From NCBI RefSeq assembly GCF_965213655.1, contig NZ_CBDBZT010000003.1, forward strand, positions 3,275,829-3,339,828: a DNA stretch of 64,000 bases, given 5' to 3'. The notes beneath the pieces are model-generated. The model did not search any database. It was not told where the DNA came from and saw nothing but the letters and a program-made list of their open reading frames with translations. The position numbers and the translations under genes were made by a program. Source of the DNA: Candidatus Palauibacter sp. (lineage in GTDB: Bacteria > Gemmatimonadota > Gemmatimonadetes > Palauibacterales > Palauibacteraceae). This document shows positions 9,774 to 19,775 of this stretch, in pieces; position 1 is the first letter of the stretch; each line of letters opens with the position of its first letter.

Positions 9774-9851
9774 CCTGCCCTCGTGGGTTCGAACCGAGCG
9801 ACCAGCGGGAGCGAGCTCGGGGAGCGTAGCGACCCAATCCCACCCCGTCCG
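9774..9851 (+). repeat. tRNA-Ser(GGA) 3'-end copy with a 44-nt T-loop cassette
   Basis: CCTGCCCTCGTGGGTTCGAA [9794-9837] TCCCACCCCGTCCG matches the adjacent tRNA 3' end. Confidence 0.8.
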
Positions 9852-9951
9852 TCGCTTTCAAAAGTTTGACATCAGGAACCCTCGCGGAGCACCTTCCCCG
9901 GCCCCGCATGCTGGGTGCTGAGCGTCTGCCGGACCCCTGTATGCGGCACCT

Positions 9952-10033
9952 GGAGAGGTGGCAGAACGGCAATGCACCGGTCTCGAAAACCGGCGCCCTC
10001 ACGGGCTTGGGGGTTCGAATCCCCCCCTCTCCG
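9952..10033 (+). tRNA. tRNA-Ser(CGA)
   Basis: Acceptor GGAGAGG/CCTCTCC; anticodon arm CCGGT-CT-CGA-AA-ACCGG; GGGTTCGAATCCC; CCA not encoded. Confidence 0.97.
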
Positions 10034-10034
10034 C

Positions 10035-10292
10035 TTAGAAGGGGTTCGAACCGAGCGAGCGAAGCGAGCGAGCTCGGCGAGTCCCGCGCAGCGGGAGGAA
10101 GCCAATCCCCCCCTCTCCGCTTAGAAGGGGTTCGAACCGAGCGAGCGAAGCGAGCGAGCTCGGCGAGTCCCGCGCAGCGGGAGGAAGCCAATCCCCCCCC
10201 TCTCCGCTTGGAAGGGGTTCGAACCGAGCGAGCGAAGCGAGCGAGCTCGGCGAGTCCCGCGCAGCGGGAGGAAGCCAATCCCCCCCTCTCCG
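10035..10292 (+). repeat. Three tandem ~86-bp tRNA-Ser(CGA) 3'-end repeats, each with a 55-nt T-loop cassette
   Basis: Units 10035-10120, 10121-10207 and 10208-10292 are nearly identical: GGGGTTCGAA [CCGAGC..GCTCGG..GCCAA] TCCCCCCCTCTCCG. Confidence 0.9.
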
Positions 10293-10985
10293 TTACGCAG
10301 GCTGGTACGGAGCCGGATCCCGTGCGTCCGCCGCAGCGAATCCTGCGAGTCTCAGGCGACAGGAGTCACACTCGGCACAGGCAGCGCCCGACTCATCGGG
10401 ATCGTAGCAACTCCGTGTCAGCCCGTAATCGACGCCCAGCGCGAGTCCGCGCTGGATGATCTCCCCCTTGGTAAGATCGATCAGAGGTGCATGGATCCGG
10501 AACGGCCGACTCCCTTCCACTCCCGCCCTGGTACCGAGGCCGGCGAGTCTCTCGAAGGCAGCAAGAAACTCGGGTCGGCAGTCCGGATATCCGCTGTAAT
10601 CGACTGCATTGACGCCGATGAAGATGTTGCGGGCGTCGAGAACTTCGGCCCAGGCGAGAGCCAGCGACAGGAAGATGGTGTTTCTTGCAGGGACGTACGT
10701 CACGGGAATCTCCTCCGGATCCCCAGCTGCGACTGCGCCCTTGGGTACCTCCAGGTCTCCCGTGAGCGCCGAGCCCCCGAACGTGCGCAGATCGATTTCG
10801 GTGATGACGTGCCGGGCCACTCCCATGGCTTCGGCCACGTGGCGGGCGGCCTCCACCTCGAGTTCATGTCTTAGTCCGTAGCGCAGGGTCAGCGCATGGA
10901 CCTGATACCCCTGCTCAAGCGCGATCGCCAGGGTGGTCGCCGAGTCCAGTCCACCGCTCAACAGGACTACCGCTCTGCGGCCCAT
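10293..10985 (-). CDS. queC: 7-cyano-7-deazaguanine synthase
   Basis: '[10 protein letters not shown]', 'TYVPARN', 'DYSGYPDCR', 'SCY..C..CDSC.LR'. Confidence 0.97.
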   Translation of the reverse strand: MGRRAVVLLSGGLDSATTLAIALEQGYQVHALTLRYGLRHELEVEAARHVAEAMGVARHVITEIDLRTFGGSALTGDLEVPKGAVAAGDPEEIPVTYVPARNTIFLSLALAWAEVLDARNIFIGVNAVDYSGYPDCRPEFLAAFERLAGLGTRAGVEGSRPFRIHAPLIDLTKGEIIQRGLALGVDYGLTRSCYDPDESGAACAECDSCRLRLAGFAAADARDPAPYQPA

Positions 10986-11143
10986 CGAATACCTCCAAAC
11001 GGGGTGCACATAAGGCGTTTCCGGGGCACGTCGGCGGCCACTTGTAACATGATTTCGCACGCCACTGCAACGCATGGTAGCGCGGGGCCGTTTCCATCGA
11101 GGGGCCTGCGTCAAGAGTCGTCCTCGACGGAGGATAGGGATTC

Positions 11144-12547
11144 GTGCCAACAAAGAGTGCCGCTTCGAGTCGCGATCCGGGACAGAGCGCCCTGCTCACG
11201 GATCTCTATCAGCTCACCATGCTGAAGGCGTACTGGGAGCACGGAATGCACGAGACGGCCGTGTTCGAGTTCTTCGTCCGCCGGCTGCCCCCGAATCGCA
11301 GTTTCCTGCTGGCGGCCGGCCTGGCTCACGCCCTCGACTACCTGGAACGCCTGCGCTTCGAGCCCGAGGCACTCGCATGGCTCGGCGGCCAGTCCGCCTT
11401 CCCCCCCGCCTTCGTCGACTGGCTCGCCGACCTGCGCTTCACCGGGGATGTGGACGCCATGCCCGAGGGCAGCGTTTTTTTCCCCGATGAGCCCGTCCTG
11501 CGGGTTACCGCGCCGCTCCCGCAGGCGCAACTCGTCGAATCGCGCCTCATCTCGCTGCTCAATTTCTCGTCTCTCATCGCCTCGAGGGCGGTCCGCTTCA
11601 CGCTCGCGGCCCCCAAAGCCCAACTCGTGGACTTCGGCCTGCGGCGAGCACACGGTTCCGAAGCGGGCCTGCTCGCCGCCCGAGCCGCATTTATCGCCGG
11701 CTTCGACGGCACCGCGACCGTCCTGGCGGGTCAGCGCTGGGGCATCCCCACCTTCGGGACCATGGCCCATTCGTTCATTCAGTCTCACGACAGCGAAGCC
11801 GATGCCTTCGTTCGCTTCGCCCGCGCCCATCCCGACAACGTGGTGCTGCTCATCGACACCTACGACACGGAGGCGGGAGCGGCGAAGGTCGTCGAGATCG
11901 CGCCCGGCCTCCGCGCCGAAGGCATCGAGATCACGGCGGTGCGGCTGGATTCCGGAGATCTCGCGACCCACGCACGGCGAGTACGCCGGATTCTGGATGA
12001 AGGCGGCTGCCCGGGCGTCCGCATCTTCGCCAGCAGTTCCCTCGACGAGTACGAAGTGGCTCGGCTGGCCGACGCGCCGATCGATGGGTTCGGCGTGGGG
12101 GCCGCTCTCACCGTCTCCTCGGACGCGCCGACGCTCGACAGTGTCTACAAGCTCCAGGAGTACGATGGCCGTCCGCGCCGCAAGCGCTCGGAGGGGAAAG
12201 CGACGTGGCCCGGCCGCAAGCAGGTCTTCCGGACATGCACCGATGGTCGGCTCGCGAGCGATGTCCTGGGACTCGAAGACGAAGGACTGACTGGAGAAGC
12301 TCTCCTGGAGCCGGTGATGCGTGTCGGAGCACGACTGCGGCCGGATCCTGCACTGGAGGAGATTCGGGACCGGGTCCGCAGCTCGTTGGCGATCCTCCCG
12401 GACGGATTGAGGGCGCTCGCGTCGGCCCGCGCTCCCTTCCGGGTCGAGCCATCGCCTGGCGTCCGGGCGCTGTCCCGACAGGTCGACGGGAAGTCCGCAG
12501 GATGCGGAGTCGACAGCGACTTCCGAACGTCCGGCGTTACGCGGTAG
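11144..12547 (+). CDS. pncB: Nicotinate phosphoribosyltransferase
   Basis: '[10 protein letters not shown]', 'DFGLRRAH', 'GTMAHS', 'LIDTYD', 'VRLDSGDL'. Confidence 0.95.
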   Translation: MPTKSAASSRDPGQSALLTDLYQLTMLKAYWEHGMHETAVFEFFVRRLPPNRSFLLAAGLAHALDYLERLRFEPEALAWLGGQSAFPPAFVDWLADLRFTGDVDAMPEGSVFFPDEPVLRVTAPLPQAQLVESRLISLLNFSSLIASRAVRFTLAAPKAQLVDFGLRRAHGSEAGLLAARAAFIAGFDGTATVLAGQRWGIPTFGTMAHSFIQSHDSEADAFVRFARAHPDNVVLLIDTYDTEAGAAKVVEIAPGLRAEGIEITAVRLDSGDLATHARRVRRILDEGGCPGVRIFASSSLDEYEVARLADAPIDGFGVGAALTVSSDAPTLDSVYKLQEYDGRPRRKRSEGKATWPGRKQVFRTCTDGRLASDVLGLEDEGLTGEALLEPVMRVGARLRPDPALEEIRDRVRSSLAILPDGLRALASARAPFRVEPSPGVRALSRQVDGKSAGCGVDSDFRTSGVTR

Positions 12548-12555
12548 CTTTGGGC

Positions 12556-13026
12556 ATGACTAACGAAACTCCTCTCAACCGTCATCGTCTGTCCCCCCTG
12601 TGGCGGCGTCTTGCGCTCGGCCTCTTCCTGATAGGCTGTGGCGGCACCGCGGCGGAACTGCTCCTGCTCGAGCATTTCGAGGACCCGTGGCAATGGACGC
12701 CGATTGCGCTCCTGGGAGTGGGTCTGGCGGGCGGTTTCGTCCTGGCGATCCATGCCACGCCTGGCGCCTGCCGGGTGTTCCGTTTCCTGATGTGGCTCTT
12801 CATGCTGGCAGGCGTTCTCGGCATGTACCTGCATCTGAAGTCGAATGTCGAGTTCGAGAGGGAGATGAACGCCGCGGTGGGCGGGTTCGATCTGGTCGCC
12901 AAGGTACTCATGGGTGCCATGCCGGCGCTGGCGCCCGGTCACATGGCCCTGCTCGGCCTGCTCGGCTTCCTCGTTCTCCTGCGCCATCCCGCTCTCGCGA
13001 GGGGCGAATCTTCGGAAAAGGAATGA
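12556..13026 (+). CDS. Conserved 4-TM membrane protein
   Basis: Four hydrophobic helices; 'ELLLLEH', 'H...N.EFE.EM', 'PALAPG'. Confidence 0.7.
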   Translation: MTNETPLNRHRLSPLWRRLALGLFLIGCGGTAAELLLLEHFEDPWQWTPIALLGVGLAGGFVLAIHATPGACRVFRFLMWLFMLAGVLGMYLHLKSNVEFEREMNAAVGGFDLVAKVLMGAMPALAPGHMALLGLLGFLVLLRHPALARGESSEKE

Positions 13027-13031
13027 ATGGA

Positions 13032-13676
13032 ATGGAATGGCGACTCAGAATCGGTGTCGTGGGCGGTCTCGCCGTCCTTTTGCTATCCGTGCCTCCCACT
13101 CGGGCTCAGGTGGGGGAGAACGTAGACGGCCTCGTGAACCCGAACCTCGCGACGGAGGAGCAACTTGCGGCGGTCCCGGGCCTGGACGCGGATGCGGTCG
13201 CGGCCCTCATGGAAGCGCGGCCCTTTCTGCGCATGGCCGACCTGCACGCCATGGTGGCCGAGCACGTCGACGCGGACGGCCACGAGGCCGTGTACCGCGC
13301 CATGTTCGTCCCCATCGATCTCAACGACGTAACGGACGAGGAGATCCTGCTCATCCCCGGCGTCGGGAATCGCATGCTGCACGAGTTCGAGGAATACCGA
13401 CCTTACGTCGCCCTCGCGCAGTTCCAGCGGGAGATCGGAAAGTACGTGGACGATGACGAACTCGCGCGGCTCGCGCAGTACGTGTACGTGCGGATCGACC
13501 TCAATTCGGCGACCGAGGAGGCGATACTCAGCATCCCGGGCGTCGGGGCCCGCATGCAGCATGAGTTCGAAGAATACCGTCCTTATGCGTCGATGGCGCA
13601 GTTCCGGCGCGAGATCGGCAAATACGTGGACGAGGATGAGGTGGAGCGTCTCGCCCGCTACGTGGAGATCCGCTGA
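13032..13676 (+). CDS. Secreted helix-hairpin-helix (ComEA-like) repeat protein
   Basis: Signal peptide; repeated 'IDLN..T.E.IL.IPGVG.RM.HEFEEYRPY..QF.REIGKYVD'. Confidence 0.8.
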   Translation: MEWRLRIGVVGGLAVLLLSVPPTRAQVGENVDGLVNPNLATEEQLAAVPGLDADAVAALMEARPFLRMADLHAMVAEHVDADGHEAVYRAMFVPIDLNDVTDEEILLIPGVGNRMLHEFEEYRPYVALAQFQREIGKYVDDDELARLAQYVYVRIDLNSATEEAILSIPGVGARMQHEFEEYRPYASMAQFRREIGKYVDEDEVERLARYVEIR

Positions 13677-13900
13677 CGAGACAGCGCGCCCGAAGGTCGC
13701 CCCCCCCCTTTTTGGGCGGGGATCTTCTTGCCCCCGAAGGGGTTCCAGCGCTTGAACGGGCGACCTTTCGGCGATAGGATTCCCCTGCATTAGTCTCTGA
13801 AGTCGTCGTCCGGCAGAGGTGATGCGGGGTCCCCCAACCGGCATGTACCGGGGTGGAGGGGTGGAAGCGCGACTGGCCATGGTGGCATGGTCGGCGCGCC

Positions 13901-16429
13901 ATGGGGAAGCGGAAAACGGGCATGGCGGGTTCGGAAACTGGCCCCTCTCGGGGCGGGTTGACGGCGGGACATACCATTCTATCCGCGGATTGCGCGGACT
14001 ACGCAGTCGAAGCCAGGCGCAGGACGGACACGTCGCCAGGCCGCGCGCTTCGCATCTCTTCTCAAGTCGCTGCAATTCTTCTGGCGTTCGCGAGTCTTGC
14101 CGCGGGCACTGCCCCCACTGCCGCGGCGCAGGAAGCGCCCCAGCGAGCGGATGCGAGCGGCTTCAATCCCGACGGCACCCCTTCGGTCCTCACCAACGCG
14201 AATCCCGAGACTGCCCGGCGCGCGGAACTGGCCCCCGCCGTGCGCGGCAACACGCTGGAACGGAATCCTCCCCCGACGGGGCATCTGATTGTCGGCGGCT
14301 ATGGCACCAGATCCTGGACCGACTCCCTCCGCGTGAACGCGTCGCTCAACGTCAGCACCGACAGCATCCGGGACGCCGACGGACTCGATCACGTGGAGTG
14401 GGAATACCAGTGGATTCGGGTGACCACGGGCGGTGGCGAGACCAACATCGCCGAGGCGACTCGAAGCTGGTACTACGTATCGGAGAGCGATCTCGGCCAC
14501 CGCCTGAAGGTACGGGTCACCTTCCAGGACGATGAGGGGAACTGGGAGCGGATCGATAGCGAACTCTCAGCGATCGTGGACGTGATGACGACGGAGGAGC
14601 ACGCCCTCATCTCGCTGGAGGCCGACAAGGACACGGTGGAGGTTGGCCAGTGGGTCAACTTCACGATCCGGCGGCGCGGCGAGATGCAACAGCAGATCCG
14701 GGGCGACATCAACGTCCAGGGCCTCCGGTCGGACATCGAGGACTGGTATCTGTACGCCTACGTCTTCCGTGGGCAGGCGACCCGGAACTGGAATCTGCAG
14801 GTGGAAGCGGAACCCGGTGGCGTCCACACGCCGGGCCGGACGATCACGGCCCTGCTGCGTGGCGTATTCGAGGACTTCGCGCTCGTAGACACGACGGCCG
14901 TGACGGTCGTCGTGGTGCCGGCGGGCACCCGTAACCGCGGCGACGTGGGCCCGCCGGACGCGCAGAGCGCCACGGTCGATGCCTCGACCCTTGTCATCTG
15001 GTACGACGAGACGCTGGGCTCCGGCTCGAACCCTCCGGCGAGCGCCTACAGCGTCAGTATCAACAGCGGAAGCGGCATGAACCCGACCGCCGTCGAAGTA
15101 GCCGGACGCACGGTGACGCTGACGCTGGGCACACCCGCGGCGTACGGCGACCAGGTGACCGTGAGCTACACGGCGCCCAATACCGGCGCGGTGCAGGACG
15201 AGGCGCAGAACGATGCGGGCGACCTCACGAACTACCCGGTGACGAACAACACCGCGGCGCCGACCCCGACCATAGATGCGCCCGCGACGCTCAGTCTCAA
15301 CGAGGATGTCGGCACATACAGCTTCAGCGTCTCGCTCTCCCGGTCGATCAACCAGAGCGTGACCGTCGGCGTCGCCGCTCAAGCAGGTACAGCGACTGCC
15401 AGCGACGACTTCCAGGTTTCTTCGGGTACGCTGACGATACCCGCCGGCCAGACTTCCTCCGATACGCACACGATCACGATCGACGACGACGACATCGACG
15501 AGGGGAGCGAGACCTTCAGCCTCGTCTTGAGCAGCCCATCGTCGGGCGCCACGCTCGGCAACAGCACGACGACGGTGACAATCACCGACGATGATACCCG
15601 AGGCCTCTTCCCCAGTCCGAGGTCGGTCACGGTCCCGGAGGACGGAACGGAGACCTACACGGTGGTGCTTGAGTCGGAGCCGACATCAACGGTGACGGTG
15701 ACGGCATCACGGTCGGGGGATGCCGACATCACCGTGGCCCGCGGGGCATCGCTGGAGTTCACCACGGGCAACTGGTACGTCCCGCAAACAGTGGAACTGA
15801 GTGCGGCTGCGGACGCGGACAGCGTCGATGGGACCGCGACGATCACGCACACGGCCTCCGGCGGCGACTACGGTAGTAACAACGTCAGCGCGACCGTGGC
15901 GGCGACGGAGGGTGATACCAGCGACGACGGCGAGAACAACAACAACAACAACAACACGGGGCACTCGGTCTCGACAGGCGTGACCCTGAGCTTGGGCCCC
16001 TCCGGGGTCGGCGAATCGGAAGGCCAGCGGACAGTGACCGTAACAGGCCGACTCAACGGGGACGCCATGGAGTCGGCGAAAACGATCTCCGTGAGCGTGG
16101 GCGCCGGCGGCGACGGCGCCGTTTCGGGAACGGACTATACGACATCGGGCGGCTTCAGCTTCGAGATTCCGGGTGGACAGACGGAGGGAAGCGGGACGTT
16201 CACGATCACCGCGACCGACGATGATGTCGACGAGGGGAACGAGACCATCACCGTGTCGGGGGTGGTATCCGGGCTGGATGTCACCCCGGCCACGCTGAGG
16301 ATCGTCGACGACGATACCCGCGGCCTCTTCCCGAGCCCCGGGTCGGTCACCGTGCCGGAGGAAGGAACGCAGTCGTACACGCTGGTGCTGGAGTCGGAGC
16401 CCACGGCCGCGGTCACGGTGAAGGTGTGA
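13901..16429 (+). CDS. N-terminal part of a giant surface adhesin/autotransporter (SwmB, Calx-beta and Ig-like repeats), interrupted
   Basis: Signal peptide 'AAILLAFASLAAG..AAAQ'; SwmB-like and Calx-beta ('DDDIDEGSETFSLVLSSP') units; stops mid-repeat right after the att core. Start uncertain. Confidence 0.8.
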   Translation: MGKRKTGMAGSETGPSRGGLTAGHTILSADCADYAVEARRRTDTSPGRALRISSQVAAILLAFASLAAGTAPTAAAQEAPQRADASGFNPDGTPSVLTNANPETARRAELAPAVRGNTLERNPPPTGHLIVGGYGTRSWTDSLRVNASLNVSTDSIRDADGLDHVEWEYQWIRVTTGGGETNIAEATRSWYYVSESDLGHRLKVRVTFQDDEGNWERIDSELSAIVDVMTTEEHALISLEADKDTVEVGQWVNFTIRRRGEMQQQIRGDINVQGLRSDIEDWYLYAYVFRGQATRNWNLQVEAEPGGVHTPGRTITALLRGVFEDFALVDTTAVTVVVVPAGTRNRGDVGPPDAQSATVDASTLVIWYDETLGSGSNPPASAYSVSINSGSGMNPTAVEVAGRTVTLTLGTPAAYGDQVTVSYTAPNTGAVQDEAQNDAGDLTNYPVTNNTAAPTPTIDAPATLSLNEDVGTYSFSVSLSRSINQSVTVGVAAQAGTATASDDFQVSSGTLTIPAGQTSSDTHTITIDDDDIDEGSETFSLVLSSPSSGATLGNSTTTVTITDDDTRGLFPSPRSVTVPEDGTETYTVVLESEPTSTVTVTASRSGDADITVARGASLEFTTGNWYVPQTVELSAAADADSVDGTATITHTASGGDYGSNNVSATVAATEGDTSDDGENNNNNNNTGHSVSTGVTLSLGPSGVGESEGQRTVTVTGRLNGDAMESAKTISVSVGAGGDGAVSGTDYTTSGGFSFEIPGGQTEGSGTFTITATDDDVDEGNETITVSGVVSGLDVTPATLRIVDDDTRGLFPSPGSVTVPEEGTQSYTLVLESEPTAAVTVKV

Positions 16430-16649
16430 TGTGATTCATAAACCGCTGTCGTACAAACACTTACAGAGTCAGCTATCAAGCGGTTACCTCATTTTGTCCC
16501 TCTTCTCGGACGGGAATCCAATCGACCCCATCGGAGGTCCGTGGACCCCGTGACGATGAGTCCCGCAGATCCCGCAGACCGCCGATTGTGGACCACGAGC
16601 CGGGACGGCCGACCCCGTTGGGCTACGTTCCTGGGCGTCCCCATGCGCC

Positions 16650-17879
16650 TTATCGTCGGGCGGGCTGCCGTTCGAGTCGCCACACGTCAACGTGGTCCAA
16701 GTCCATTTCGTCTGTGCGGATTGTCGCGAGATGATCTCCCCGGAAAACGGGGACGGTTCGCTCCTTGTACGGGACGGCGGGAACGCTGCCGAGCAGCCTG
16801 CCTTCGGGATCGAAGAACTCCCAGCGGTTGCCGGCGGTGCGGATGACCTCGACCCACAACTTGCCGTCGGGGGACACGAAGATCTCGTTGATGAACGACT
16901 TCCGGTCTGGTCGGCTGTAGTTCCGGGGGTTGCAGGAACCGTCCGGCCACCGCTCCATGGCTTCATCGAACTCTGCACTTCCGGCCGCCCATTCCTCGTC
17001 CGAGATGGGTTCCGGCGGCAGTGTACGCTCGATTACCCGCAGGGTGTCGCTCTCGCCCTGCGTGAGGGCAATCCGGTAGAAATAGCCCCAAGCCGAATAC
17101 GCGAATCCACCGGAGGCCGGGTGCTGCAAGAGTTTTGCCGCAGTCGTGTTTGGATAGACGCCGATCCGCCCGTCCCAAGTGCAGAGAATCGGCTCGACCT
17201 GCCCAGGAAGAGCGCTTGGAACAGACAGGAAGGAAACGGTGTCGCCTGTGTCGCCGCTGCTGTCGAGGCCCACCCACTGCGCGCCGTCATCAGGATCGAA
17301 CGCGAAGCGGAAGACCTCGTTCTCACCGACGGGGAAGAACCGAATGAATGCAGCCGAACCGGTCAGGCCTCCCGAGGTCCTTCTTTGCCCGAGCCACTCG
17401 CCGTCAACGGAAAACTCGCCGATGCGCCCCTGGCCGGGATCGAAGGTCACGAGCCGGTCCCCGGCCCACGCCAAGGAATAGAGGCTCCTGAACTCACCCG
17501 GCCCTTGGCCCTCCCGACCAAAGGTGCGCACATGCGCCCCGTCGAAACCGAAGACGCGGACTTCGAGGTTGGTGTTGTCGGCAACGAATACGGTCTGGCC
17601 GGGACCCAGGGCGACGGAGCTGACCGAACCGAACTCGTCGGGAGTCACCTGTTCCGTCAGCGATTTGGGTCCGATCGAGACGACCGGGGCAAGTCGCCAT
17701 CCGGGTGGCGTGCCGGTGTTGGCGACGTGGACGACGCTGCCCAGAGTATCGAAGGTGGTGGAGAGATCGCTCCGGCCGGGAGTGGAGTTCCCCTGATCGC
17801 AGGCCGCTGCCAAGGTCAGCGCGAGTAGGAGCAGAACCTTGGAGGTGGAGATACGAAGCGGATGCGGGGGCATGACCAT
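16650..17879 (-). CDS. 6-bladed beta-propeller lipoprotein (element cargo)
   Basis: Lipobox 'LAAAC'; 'FGREGQGPGEF'; C-terminal 'DEMDLDHVDVWRL'. Confidence 0.8.
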   Translation of the reverse strand: MVMPPHPLRISTSKVLLLLALTLAAACDQGNSTPGRSDLSTTFDTLGSVVHVANTGTPPGWRLAPVVSIGPKSLTEQVTPDEFGSVSSVALGPGQTVFVADNTNLEVRVFGFDGAHVRTFGREGQGPGEFRSLYSLAWAGDRLVTFDPGQGRIGEFSVDGEWLGQRRTSGGLTGSAAFIRFFPVGENEVFRFAFDPDDGAQWVGLDSSGDTGDTVSFLSVPSALPGQVEPILCTWDGRIGVYPNTTAAKLLQHPASGGFAYSAWGYFYRIALTQGESDTLRVIERTLPPEPISDEEWAAGSAEFDEAMERWPDGSCNPRNYSRPDRKSFINEIFVSPDGKLWVEVIRTAGNRWEFFDPEGRLLGSVPAVPYKERTVPVFRGDHLATIRTDEMDLDHVDVWRLERQPARR

Positions 17880-18108
17880 TCTTGGCACGATGATGGTGAA
17901 GGAAGGCACACCCAAAGGTTGGCTGGCGCCCCGGTCCCTGCAAGGACTGGTCGGCAACAAGAGGCGGATGTGGGCGACGTGGCGGCAAGCAGCCATCATG
18001 GCGCTATGGGCCGGGAAAGCTTCGTCGCCGCGACTTCGCGGCAACGATTTCAGGGGGGTTCGAAGGGGGGGCGGAGCCACCCCCTCGCCAGCCGCAGGTG
18101 TTCAACAC

Positions 18109-19439
18109 GGGAGTGTGCTGATTTCTGTGTAAATGGCCATGGAGTAGACTCTGGAAGCGGGAGGAGACCATGGCGAGGAAGAAGGATGCGACGGAGCGGG
18201 AGGTAGACGAGCTTCTCGACAGCCTGCTGGAGGGCCGCAGCCCGGAAGAGATCATGGGCGGAGGCGGTCTTCTGGAGGCGCTGACGAAGCGGGTGGTGGA
18301 GCGGGCGCTGGAGGGAGAGCTCACCGACCACCTGGGCTACGAGAAGCACGCGAGAGAGGGCCGCAACGGCGGCAACTCGCGCAACGGCCGTACGCGGAAG
18401 CGAGTGAAGACGGACACGTCGGAGTTCGAGATCGAGGTGCCTCGGGACCGTGATTCGACGTTCGACCCGAAGTTCGTCAGGAAGGGCCAGCGTCGGCTGG
18501 GCGGGTTCGACGAGAAGGTGATCGCGCTGTACGCGCGGGGCATGACGACGCGGGAGATCCAGGGTCACCTGAAGGAGCTGTACAAGGTGGAGGTCTCACC
18601 GTCGCTGATCTCGGCGGTGACCGACGCGGTCCTGGAGGACGTGAAGGCGTGGCAGGGCCGGCCGTTGGATACGGTGTACCCGATCGTGTATCTGGACGCG
18701 ATCCACGTGAAGGTGCGTTCCCGGGGCCACGTCCGGACGCACGCGGTCTACCTTGCCCTGGCCCTGACGCTCGAGGGCAACAAGGAGCTGTTGGGGCTGT
18801 GGGTGGGCGAAGCGGAGGGGGCGAAGTTCTGGCTCTCGGTCCTCACCGAACTCAAGAACCGGGGGGTCGAGGACATCCTGATCGCAGCGATCGACGGCCT
18901 CAAGGGCTTTCCCGAGGCGATCGAGTCGGTGTTCCCGAAGACGCAGGTCCAGCTCTGCATCGTGCATCTGGTGCGCGGCTCGCTCCGGTTCGTCGCCTGG
19001 AAGGAGCGCAAGGCGGTCGCCAGGGACTTGCGGGCCATCTACAGGGCTCCGAGCCTGGAGGCGGCCGAGACGGCGCTGGAGGCCTTTTCTCAGCGCTGGG
19101 ACGAGCGCTTCCCCATGATCAGCCGGAAGTGGCGGGCGAACTGGGCGAACCTGACCCCGTTCTTCGATTATCCGCCCGAGATCCGCAAGGTCATGTACAC
19201 GACGAACGCGATCGAGGCCCTGAACGCGCAGCTCACGAAGGTGACGAGGAAGCGCGGCGCGTTCCCAACCCCGGAGGCGGTCAGGAAAGTGCTGTACCTT
19301 GCGATCGAGAGGGCGTCACAGCGCTGGACCCGGCCCGTTCAGGACTGGACCGGCGCCCTGAACCACCTGTCGATCGTGTTCGAGGGCCGAGTGCCCGTAT
19401 GAGTGCGAGGGCCATTTACACAGAAAATCTGACAGTCCC
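18109..19439 (+). mobile_element. IS256-family insertion sequence, 1331 bp
   Basis: Terminal IRs GGGAGTGTGCTGATTTCTGTGTAAATGGCC / GGCCATTTACACAGAAAATCTGACAGTCCC; 9-bp TSD GTTCAACAC at 18100-18108 and 19440-19448. Confidence 0.95.
18170..19402 (+). CDS. IS256-family transposase
   Basis: 'NSRNG', 'VPRDR..F.P', 'YLDA', 'DGLKG', 'QLCIVH', 'YTTNAIE'. Confidence 0.97.
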   Translation: MARKKDATEREVDELLDSLLEGRSPEEIMGGGGLLEALTKRVVERALEGELTDHLGYEKHAREGRNGGNSRNGRTRKRVKTDTSEFEIEVPRDRDSTFDPKFVRKGQRRLGGFDEKVIALYARGMTTREIQGHLKELYKVEVSPSLISAVTDAVLEDVKAWQGRPLDTVYPIVYLDAIHVKVRSRGHVRTHAVYLALALTLEGNKELLGLWVGEAEGAKFWLSVLTELKNRGVEDILIAAIDGLKGFPEAIESVFPKTQVQLCIVHLVRGSLRFVAWKERKAVARDLRAIYRAPSLEAAETALEAFSQRWDERFPMISRKWRANWANLTPFFDYPPEIRKVMYTTNAIEALNAQLTKVTRKRGAFPTPEAVRKVLYLAIERASQRWTRPVQDWTGALNHLSIVFEGRVPV

Positions 19440-19775
19440 GTTCAACACTGCGTGTGCTGGCTGACGACCACTAAGGGTCGTGAGCCAGCCCCCTGCGGAC
19501 GCCTTAGAAACGCCGCTCCGGGCATCGCCCGAAACAGCTTCGGCCGGGCCGTCGCGGGCCAGGCTGCCGGCCTCTTGGTCGAGCGCCTCACGGGCGATGA
19601 GGACGAGTCCGTTCCCCGTGGGGATGGCGGCACTCTCTGCCGCCCGCCGCGTTCTGCTCTACCGTATCCCCTCGGGGACCCGAGATCGTCGCCCTCAGGC
19701 GATGCCACGGCCCGTAGATTCCCCGAAATGCCCTCATCCACCCGGAACCTGCATCTGAGTCTGTCGCGGAGGTGT

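Noticed and set aside
10035-10292. Possible CRISPR array
   Set aside because: Units are identical end to end with no unique spacers, derive from the tRNA 3' end, and no cas genes are present.
15934-15955. AAC-rich tract as a DGR template repeat
   Set aside because: No reverse transcriptase and no TR/VR pair differing at adenines; it is a simple poly-Asn linker.
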